Below the pieces are notes generated by a model. It saw only the letters and a program-made list of their open reading frames with translations, had not been told where the DNA came from and did no database searches. Source: Pseudothioglobus sp. nBUS_23 (GTDB taxonomy: Bacteria > Pseudomonadota > Gammaproteobacteria > PS1 > Pseudothioglobaceae). From it: 32,000 nt of DNA. Below are positions 7,972-14,428 of the stretch, in pieces. Position 1 is the first letter of the stretch. Every line of letters begins with the position of its first letter. The translations under genes were made by a program, and so were the position numbers. The stretch is from NCBI RefSeq assembly GCF_051201565.1, contig NZ_CP179200.1:90001-122000 (forward strand). The letters run 5' to 3'.

Positions 7972-10113
7972 ATGAAAAAAATATTATTTATTTTTGTGCT
8001 GTCTTTGTATTCAATTCAAGGATTTGCCTCATCATGCCCTGATGGCAGTGAGCCAGTAAGGAGTATTTCCGATGATGGTACTTATTATGTATTTAACTGC
8101 TCAGAGCCAGTTTCAACTTCTGAAGATTCAAGCCCTCGCTCTAGCAAACTACTTCCAGACAAGCTTAAAGAAATCAAAGTGGTAAAGGATTGGGAGCCCA
8201 TTGCTGATTGGGAGTCTGTAAAAGAATATGCTAAGCTGGTTCCAATTCCCAGATGGAAAAATGAAAGTATTTATGATCAATATGTTGACAGAAATTGTAG
8301 TGAGAGATTTACGAGCGTAAACCCTTATCCAGGTGATAATCCTTCAGCAAGAATTTTTGCGCATTGTCAATCATACCTTCATGCAGCGTCTTCAAATAAC
8401 CCACAAATACTAGGTGACATTTTACTGTCCTGGGCCTCAGCTTCAAAAGATCCAATGTTTGTTGTGCCTTATGAGGTTGAAACCCATGAAATCAAACATT
8501 CTGTTGCAGGCTACAATATCCCATCAGCCATTGGCACATTTGCCCAGTCTTATGCATTCTGGTATGACGAAATAGCATACACGCCAGAGGAGCGTCAACG
8601 GGTAGATGATTACATGACTAAGAAACTAATGGAGCAAAAATTTCTCCCGATAAGTCGTGACTACAATGGACCGCGCATTAAATGTGATATTAATGATCTT
8701 AGTAGCGTTTACAGTGAACGAACCGGCACAAATAACTGTGGCAATGTGCGAATGAAAGTAGCAGTGGGTGAAATTATGCTTGGTTTTAGATTAGAAAACC
8801 AAACTTTGTTAGATAAAGGGCATGATGATATGTATGTCGTGCATGCCTTTATTAATGAAGACGGTATTAATATCAATCATGCTTCAAGGGGCGGTAATAC
8901 AGTGAACTACTCTTGGGAATACACATACTACTCAAGTCTATTAGCAGAGATATATGATTCAGTTGGTTATGACTATTTTGAGCATACGCTTCCTCGCGGG
9001 GCAAAAGTTCATGAGTATTTAAGCTTTAATTACAGGCTATTAAAAGATTTTAAGCTGACTGCCCAATGGGCAAAATATAATATTGGGTCATTGTGGCTGC
9101 CCTATGATCAGATCAAGAATTTATCACAACAATTATATGAAAAAACTACTAATGGGGGATGGGCTTATAGCTGGGAGGATGGTGATAAAGAGTTTGTAAA
9201 AGCACACACTAAATTTGTGAAGCGTTATATGCCAGAGCTTTACAATTTTGATGTAAAAAATTACATGGGTTCAAATTTTAATGATTCACCTAATTTTGGT
9301 GTTCATCCCTACATGCTCCATATAGGTAATAACGTATTAGAAGAAAATTCTAATACTTCAAAGATTGAACTTTTACGTCAAGCTAAGTTACAAGAAGAAA
9401 TTGATCAATGTGCTAAAGCAACTTCTGATAGTGGGTTTAATGGCGAATATGAGGCCAAATGGTTTCGAGATCATTGGAATGGCAATGGTGAGTGGGAGTT
9501 TGTAGGCTCAGAGCCTCTCATTCTAGATCAATGCGAAGGTGAATTTGAAGGCTTAAAACAATTTGATCCTCGCCCTACACCAGCAGTTAGAAAAAAGCTA
9601 ATTGTCAAGTATCAATCAAATGGTGACATTTCAATTAAGGGTGATTTGAATTTATATACTATTGATGACCTTAGATATACCGAACTTTATGGAAATATTA
9701 ATGATGGTGAAATTTCAGGAGTTTGGGGCTTTGGTAATCGCCTAAAGATAGAGTTTTCCAAGAAACCAAAGCCAACAGAACTCTTTGATGGTCGCTATAG
9801 TTTTGAATTGTTTCGTTATGCAGAGGATGAAGCTGACGATATAGGCAATGGCATCATTAACATATCTAATGGTCAAATAACTATTGATGAGAGTAATCGA
9901 AATTTGCAAACAGGAGATTCAGATTTGTATGATACTTTTAGTGGTCAAGTTGATAAAAATGGAGACGTATCTGGCTCTGTTAAACTCGATATTTATAGTT
10001 CGGGACAAAAATCAGAAGAATTTTTCTTTGAAGGCCTGATAGATGAAGAAATATGGGGAGAATCTCCTATAGAAGACTTTTTCAAAGTTTATATGAAACT
10101 AAAAAAGCAATAG
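7972..10113 (+). CDS. Array family member: signal peptide + Cys-loop module + alginate-lyase-like all-alpha body + C-terminal FDGRYSF module
   Basis: N-terminus is MKKILFIFVLSLYSIQGFASS-CPDGSEPVRSISDDGTYYVFNC. The body resembles the 806..2068 body (ERQRVDDYMTKKLMEQKFLPI versus FEIVDKYIKKMYKKFLQPI; NEDGININHASRGGNTVNYSWEYTYYSSLLAEIYDSVGYDYF). The C-terminal 111 aa are homologous to the tail of the 3990..5939 product. Confidence 0.85.
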   Translation: MKKILFIFVLSLYSIQGFASSCPDGSEPVRSISDDGTYYVFNCSEPVSTSEDSSPRSSKLLPDKLKEIKVVKDWEPIADWESVKEYAKLVPIPRWKNESIYDQYVDRNCSERFTSVNPYPGDNPSARIFAHCQSYLHAASSNNPQILGDILLSWASASKDPMFVVPYEVETHEIKHSVAGYNIPSAIGTFAQSYAFWYDEIAYTPEERQRVDDYMTKKLMEQKFLPISRDYNGPRIKCDINDLSSVYSERTGTNNCGNVRMKVAVGEIMLGFRLENQTLLDKGHDDMYVVHAFINEDGININHASRGGNTVNYSWEYTYYSSLLAEIYDSVGYDYFEHTLPRGAKVHEYLSFNYRLLKDFKLTAQWAKYNIGSLWLPYDQIKNLSQQLYEKTTNGGWAYSWEDGDKEFVKAHTKFVKRYMPELYNFDVKNYMGSNFNDSPNFGVHPYMLHIGNNVLEENSNTSKIELLRQAKLQEEIDQCAKATSDSGFNGEYEAKWFRDHWNGNGEWEFVGSEPLILDQCEGEFEGLKQFDPRPTPAVRKKLIVKYQSNGDISIKGDLNLYTIDDLRYTELYGNINDGEISGVWGFGNRLKIEFSKKPKPTELFDGRYSFELFRYAEDEADDIGNGIINISNGQITIDESNRNLQTGDSDLYDTFSGQVDKNGDVSGSVKLDIYSSGQKSEEFFFEGLIDEEIWGESPIEDFFKVYMKLKKQ

Positions 10114-10115
10114 AA

Positions 10116-10170
10116 ACTCCCTCCCTCACACATCAAACGAGATTTGGACTTTAGTTCTAATTGACATATA
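10116..10170 (+). repeat. Array intergenic element, copy 6 (variant A)
   Basis: Reads ACTCCCTCCCTCACACATCAAACGAGATTTGGACTTTAGTTCTAATTGACATATA. It starts 2 nt after the stop at 10113. The core lies 68 nt upstream of the ATG at 10198. Confidence 0.9.
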
Positions 10171-10197
10171 ATCCTATTTTTTTTAGGAGAGACTTAG

Positions 10198-10431
10198 ATG
10201 ATGCGATTTGCTAAATACGAACAACACTTAAAGTGGTTCGCACTATTCCTTGGTATCCTAAGCACAATTGCCATTATCAATGACTTGTATCCTTATACAA
10301 TGTTTATTGGACTTCCTTTTTGCTTAATCTGGGTTTACTGTGCTTGGCTTCATACTGAAAAACAATTGAAATGGATTAATATAATCTTTACTGGGTTATA
10401 TACATATGGAATAGTGAATTACTATATTTAG
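10198..10431 (+). CDS. Small (77 aa) predicted 3-TM membrane protein, bracketed by two copies of the array element
   Basis: There are three hydrophobic stretches (WFALFLGILSTIAIINDLY, MFIGLPFCLIWVYCAWL, WINIIFTGLYTYGIVNYYI). A strong SD (AGGAGA) lies 6-7 nt upstream. No array-family N-terminal module is present. Confidence 0.65.
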   Translation: MMRFAKYEQHLKWFALFLGILSTIAIINDLYPYTMFIGLPFCLIWVYCAWLHTEKQLKWINIIFTGLYTYGIVNYYI

Positions 10432-10442
10432 CATTAATTAAT

Positions 10443-10493
10443 ACCCCTCCCTCACACATCAAACGGAATTTGGACTTTAGTTCAAATTGAGTC
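10443..10493 (+). repeat. Array intergenic element, copy 7 (variant A)
   Basis: Reads ACCCCTCCCTCACACATCAAACGGAATTTGGACTTTAGTTCAAATTGAGTC. The core lies 61 nt upstream of the ATG at 10517. Confidence 0.9.
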
Positions 10494-10504
10494 CTATTAA
10501 GAGG

Positions 10505-10510
10505 TATAGT
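10505..10510 (+). promoter_or_regulatory. Candidate -10 box (TATAGT) 6 nt upstream of the start codon; possible leaderless transcript
   Basis: The layout is TTCAAA-N18-TATAGT-N6-ATG(10517), the same geometry as at 3978..3983. Confidence 0.3.
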
Positions 10511-10516
10511 TAGATT

Positions 10517-12088
10517 ATGAAAAAACTATTCCCTCTCTTAATTCTGTCCTTCTTATCAGTCCAAAGTCTTGCGGGTTCATGCCCTGATGGCAGTGAGCCA
10601 ATTAAGAGTATTTCAGAGGACGGCACTTACTTTGTATTCAACTGTGGTGGTGGCAATAAACAATCATCTTCATCTACTGCTAATTCATCAAATGTCAATT
10701 CAAAAACAAAAGCATTAGCTGGTATTTATATTGAGAATGATCCCAATATTAATTTCTTTGCTCCGCCATCACATCCTCCACCAACAAGAGTGCTATACCC
10801 TGGAACAGGTGGATATTTTAAGGCTGATTTTAATAATGATGGTCTAACTGATCTTATCTATGCTGGTGGAATGCATGCAGAAAACTATGGCTGTTCTTAT
10901 CAAGATAGATGTACTCTCCAACAGCAGGATGATGGTATTAAACCACAACCTGCACTTTATATGGGCGGCGCTGATGGTAAGTTTAACTACTCGCCTGAGC
11001 TGTTGATTGATAATCGTGACAATAAAGGCATGTCAGTTGGAAGGCAGTTACTAATCGCAGACTATAATAATGATAAAGTGTTAGATATTTATATTGCAGA
11101 CCACGGACAGACGCATCAAAACCAAGGTTATCGTGATAGTTATTATCTAAGTCAGCCAAATGGAACGTGGCTCGAGTCAAGTAACACCCATCTTAGTGAT
11201 AATAACTTCATAGCGTATGCACACGGCGCGGCTACCGGCGATATTGATAATGATGGCGATATGGATGTTGTGCTAACTGACTGGAGAACGTTTTGGTGTT
11301 TAATGAATGATGGTAGTGGGTTTTTAGCAAAACGTCAATGTGGCGGCAGTAATGCATTTGGTCTGGAGCTAGCTGATATGGACAATGATGGCAACTTAGA
11401 TGCTATATTTGGCGGTAATGAATATGGGGGCAATGGTTTCCCAACTGGAATTTACTGGAATGATGGTCAAGGAAATTTTATACCCTATACCATAACCCGA
11501 CTTAAGCAACACAAAGTATGGGGGGGAATATCTGAAGTATCGGCCTGGGATTTAGACAATGACGGTGATATGGACATAGTTTATGGTAGGAATAAAAAAT
11601 CAATTAAAGGAGCTGCGATACAAATTATAGAAAACTTAGGTAACAAGAAGTTTAAGGACCATGGAATCTTTCCAGTAGATAGTAACTTTAGTGTTTTTAT
11701 CATGTCTATTCTATTCAATGATTTAGATTCTGATGGTGATTATGATTTGTATCTTGCTTCAAAATCTCATTTGACTGATGGAACAGTTTTTATAAACAAC
11801 GGTAATTTTGATTTTACAATGATTAAGCCAGATGATAGACCGTCACCTAAATCATTAGGACTTTATGAAATGTTAGATGATAGCAGTGTAGTAATACCTA
11901 AAAAAGTATTAGAAGAACTTGCCGCAGAAGAAGAAGCTAAAGCTAAAAGTTATAGAGAAGCCTTAGCAGCTAATCTCAAACGTATCGCTGAAAAAGCTGA
12001 TAAGGCAACAGAAAATGAAACTGAGCAATCGATTGAAGATGAAATCGCAGCGTTTGAAGCTGAACTAGAAGCAGAACTTGGTCAGTAA
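10517..12088 (+). CDS. Array family member: signal peptide + Cys-loop module + FG-GAP/VCBS body + acidic coiled-coil-like tail
   Basis: N-terminus is MKKLFPLLILSFLSVQSLAGS-CPDGSEPIKSISEDGTYFVFNC, then a GGGNKQSSSSTANSSNVNS linker. Repeats include KADFNNDGLTDLIYAG, IADYNNDKVLDIYIAD, ATGDIDNDGDMDVVLTD, LADMDNDGNLDAIFGG, AWDLDNDGDMDIVYG and FNDLDSDGDYDLYLAS. The tail reads EELAAEEEAKAKSYREALAANLKR..IEDEIAAFEAELEAELGQ. Confidence 0.85.
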   Translation: MKKLFPLLILSFLSVQSLAGSCPDGSEPIKSISEDGTYFVFNCGGGNKQSSSSTANSSNVNSKTKALAGIYIENDPNINFFAPPSHPPPTRVLYPGTGGYFKADFNNDGLTDLIYAGGMHAENYGCSYQDRCTLQQQDDGIKPQPALYMGGADGKFNYSPELLIDNRDNKGMSVGRQLLIADYNNDKVLDIYIADHGQTHQNQGYRDSYYLSQPNGTWLESSNTHLSDNNFIAYAHGAATGDIDNDGDMDVVLTDWRTFWCLMNDGSGFLAKRQCGGSNAFGLELADMDNDGNLDAIFGGNEYGGNGFPTGIYWNDGQGNFIPYTITRLKQHKVWGGISEVSAWDLDNDGDMDIVYGRNKKSIKGAAIQIIENLGNKKFKDHGIFPVDSNFSVFIMSILFNDLDSDGDYDLYLASKSHLTDGTVFINNGNFDFTMIKPDDRPSPKSLGLYEMLDDSSVVIPKKVLEELAAEEEAKAKSYREALAANLKRIAEKADKATENETEQSIEDEIAAFEAELEAELGQ

Positions 12089-12090
12089 TT

Positions 12091-12130
12091 AACCTCCCTC
12101 ACACATCAAACGAAATTTGGACTTTAGTTA
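12091..12130 (+). repeat. Array intergenic element, copy 8 (terminal copy, truncated after CTTTAGTTA; no downstream + strand gene)
   Basis: Reads AACCTCCCTCACACATCAAACGAAATTTGGACTTTAGTTA and starts 2 nt after the stop at 12088. Confidence 0.9.
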
Positions 12131-12142
12131 TGTACCTGATAA

Positions 12143-12496
12143 TTATTGGCGTAGAATTTTTTCCATCACTTTTCCACTGGCAAGCTCGTCAATCATCTTA
12201 TCTAAGTATCGGATTTCTTGCATAGTAGACTCTTTGATGTCCTCTACTCTAACCCCACATACAACACCCTGAATTAGAGTGCGACAAGGATTTAATTGGG
12301 GCGCTTCTTTAATAAAGGTTTCAAAATCAACCTCTTGTTTTAATTGTTCTCCAAGTTCTTTTTCGTTGTAGCCTGTTAGCCATTGGATAATCTGATTCAC
12401 TTCAGTCTTTAGGCGTCCTTTTCTCTCTGCTTTTTGAATGTACAGTGGGTAAATACTTGCAAAGCTCATTTTATAAATGTGGTGTGCTTGGGACAT
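12143..12496 (-). CDS. DUF2200 family protein
   Basis: The N-terminal [34 protein letters not shown] matches the conserved DUF2200 signature as I recall it (MSFASVYP.YVQKAEKKGRTK.EVD.VI.WLTGY). Confidence 0.75.
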   Translation of the reverse strand: MSQAHHIYKMSFASIYPLYIQKAERKGRLKTEVNQIIQWLTGYNEKELGEQLKQEVDFETFIKEAPQLNPCRTLIQGVVCGVRVEDIKESTMQEIRYLDKMIDELASGKVMEKILRQ

Positions 12497-12499
12497 ATT

Positions 12500-12552
12500 A
12501 TCAAACGAAGTTGGACTGTCTTAGGGTATCAAACTAAATTTGGACTTTAACT
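12500..12552 (+). repeat. Two degenerate half copies of the array element lacking the C-rich 5' part
   Basis: 12500..12524 reads ATCAAACGAAGTTGGACTGTCTTAG and 12528..12552 reads ATCAAACTAAATTTGGACTTTAACT. Both are in the same orientation as copies 1-8, between two minus-strand genes. Confidence 0.7.
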
Positions 12553-13225
12553 ACAGTTTATTTTCCCAGATTGCTTCCTTGATAGCCGGAATAAGCATTG
12601 ATGAAGTAGGCCAATCTTCGCAATGCTGATAGCGGTGAGCAAGCTGAATTATCCCTTTTTGATCAACGACAAATTCTCCTGGCAACTGCCATGGGCTATC
12701 TACCAGGCCACCATCTGTGCCGTGACGAGACTTCTGCAATTCTGCACCAGTCTCATAATCGATATTAAGGTACTCATCAGGCGCGTCATAGACAATTTGT
12801 GAAGGCTTGCCTTCCAACAAGTCATAGGCTTCATAGACACTAAATGTTGGGTCACATAAGACAGGGCAGGGTATGCCGTTTCTTTGACTGTATTCTTTTG
12901 AACGCTCAGGCTCGCCTTGACCAATCACGACGACAGAGGCGCCCAGCTTAATGTAATCCGCGTATTCATTTTTTAGACTATTGGCACGGTCAACCCCGCA
13001 ACTACAACCATAATGCCTCCAGAACATGATTAATGCTGGACCATTACTCCAAAAATCTTGCAAATGAACTAATTTCCCCGATGTATCTTGCAATTCAAAA
13101 TCAGGAGCCAAGTCCCCAACTTGGAGCGGCACTTTATCCCACCGAAGACGCGTTGGTCCTTTTTTCCAAAGATCTAACCACTCTTTTTCAGCAGCTTCGA
13201 TTTGGTTATCTACTATTGATTTCAT
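12551..13225 (-). CDS. AhpC/TSA (peroxiredoxin-like) thioredoxin-fold protein
   Basis: APDFELQDTSGKLVHLQDFWSNGPALIMFWRHYGCSCG is a typical redoxin N-terminal pattern with Cys near the start of helix 1. An SD-like AAGGGG lies upstream. Confidence 0.75.
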   Translation of the reverse strand: MKSIVDNQIEAAEKEWLDLWKKGPTRLRWDKVPLQVGDLAPDFELQDTSGKLVHLQDFWSNGPALIMFWRHYGCSCGVDRANSLKNEYADYIKLGASVVVIGQGEPERSKEYSQRNGIPCPVLCDPTFSVYEAYDLLEGKPSQIVYDAPDEYLNIDYETGAELQKSRHGTDGGLVDSPWQLPGEFVVDQKGIIQLAHRYQHCEDWPTSSMLIPAIKEAIWENKL

Positions 13226-13404
13226 ATTTACCCCTTTTTAACTAGTTATGACACTTGTATTATAGCTCAAAAAAATTCATCTCAGGTTTCGTAAAACGAA
13301 AATAGGATTCTTTATCTAAACTATATCTAATCTTCATCTAACTTTATTTCTGCCAAATTAAAATTTGATTTTTTTTAAAATGATTAACCAATAAAAAACG
13401 ATTT

Positions 13405-13506
13405 ATGGAAACTAAATTAGTCCTCTGGATAACTGCATGTATGGCATTTATGCTCAGTTTTATGTACGTGATGGTTAGCTTTATTGCTAGGTTTGTACAA
13501 TATTAA
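13405..13506 (+). CDS. Possible 33-aa hydrophobic peptide (below ORF-track cutoff)
   Basis: Translates as METKLVLWITACMAFMLSFMYVMVSFIARFVQY*, a single TM-like segment. No SD is present, so this is speculative. Confidence 0.2.
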   Translation: METKLVLWITACMAFMLSFMYVMVSFIARFVQY

Positions 13507-13523
13507 ATTTAAGGATTTAAATA

Positions 13524-13712
13524 ATGACACTTGCAAAATATAACACAAAAAATGGCTCTCCAAACCATAGGCGAAAGTCTAAAAGAGCATTAGAAACAGA
13601 ATTTAAAGAGCTTAGAAAAATGGAGTCAATGATGGACAACCATCTTAAAGACGCTTACCTTGATAACCTTTCCTTTCTAAAAGATGGGCTGAGAGGAAAT
13701 GAGATTATTTAA
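13524..13712 (+). CDS. Hypothetical 62-aa basic/helical protein
   Basis: ORF with an AAGGA SD 8 nt upstream. I recognise no family. Confidence 0.45.
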   Translation: MTLAKYNTKNGSPNHRRKSKRALETEFKELRKMESMMDNHLKDAYLDNLSFLKDGLRGNEII

Positions 13713-13768
13713 AAACTTGTTGACGGTTGTAGGCTATTTGTTCTTGACAGTTTTTATGTATGTCGCTG

Positions 13769-14296
13769 TCACAAATATCTAACTCGATTTTTTTTCATTA
13801 AAAATGATCTTATCGCAACGATTATTCCAATGATGACTAGCACATAGGTTAGGCTCGACATAATCCATTTGAAGGAGTTTATCCCCGAGCCAAGGGAAAC
13901 TAATGATTGGGTTATTGAGCCAGAAGTCACATAGCTTTGAATCATCAAAATTTCAGAAAAGTTCTCGGACCAATCTGCAATCATTCCAAGTATTGGAATC
14001 ACTAAATAAATTTTCTTATTAAGCAGATACAAAATCCAAGAGCCATACATTAACGTATAAATCATAGCAAAAATGATATCCCAGACTTTGAGAAACTGGC
14101 TGTAGCAATGTAGCTGCTCCTGATTTCTAGCAGCAAAGAAATCTTGAACCATTGTCAAGGTGTAAGAAAAAGATAGGCCTAGGGAATTTGAGCCACTTTC
14201 AAGCCTAAAGCACCCAGATGCCGGATTTAACACCAGAGATATATAGAGGATAAAAGCTGTAGTAAAAATTATAGCAATATAAAGTTTTTTATTCAA
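13769..14296 (-). CDS. Hypothetical multi-pass membrane protein
   Basis: The 175-aa product has 4-5 hydrophobic segments. I recognise no family. Confidence 0.6.
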   Translation of the reverse strand: MNKKLYIAIIFTTAFILYISLVLNPASGCFRLESGSNSLGLSFSYTLTMVQDFFAARNQEQLHCYSQFLKVWDIIFAMIYTLMYGSWILYLLNKKIYLVIPILGMIADWSENFSEILMIQSYVTSGSITQSLVSLGSGINSFKWIMSSLTYVLVIIGIIVAIRSFLMKKNRVRYL

Positions 14297-14428
14297 ATTT
14301 AAGTGAGTTATGTTGTCAAATTTTTAAATAGCTAGGAATTATTTACTCCACTCTATTTCTTTATAAGAATGGAATATACACTATCTCTGGTATATTTTTA
14401 ATCTATAGTAAAGTCACAATATATTTCC

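Noticed and set aside
780-10516. Absence of a Shine-Dalgarno sequence in array genes as a special feature.
   Set aside because: Several unrelated genes in the window also lack an obvious SD (DUF2200, the 402-aa ORF, the Rieske oxygenase, the SDR, the agmatinase), so it is not distinctive on its own.
1-12130. Diversity-generating retroelement or phase-variation mechanism acting on the variable bodies.
   Set aside because: There is no reverse transcriptase and no template/variable repeat pair with A-specific mismatches. No invertible-promoter inverted repeats or homopolymer/SSR tracts occur near the starts. The bodies are different folds rather than hypervariable versions of one sequence.
726-12552. 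Regularly recurring ~45-bp repeats could be read as a CRISPR-like array.
   Set aside because: The spacing is 0.3-2.2 kb and each interval is filled by a full protein-coding gene. The repeats are not palindromic, and there are no cas genes or uniform short spacers.
726-12552. Integron cassette array with the repeats as attC sites.
   Set aside because: I found no imperfect inverted-repeat architecture and no RYYYAAC...GTTRRRY core sites in the element. No intI integrase is in the window, and most 'cassettes' are paralogs with their own conserved 5' ends. An integrase further left cannot be excluded.
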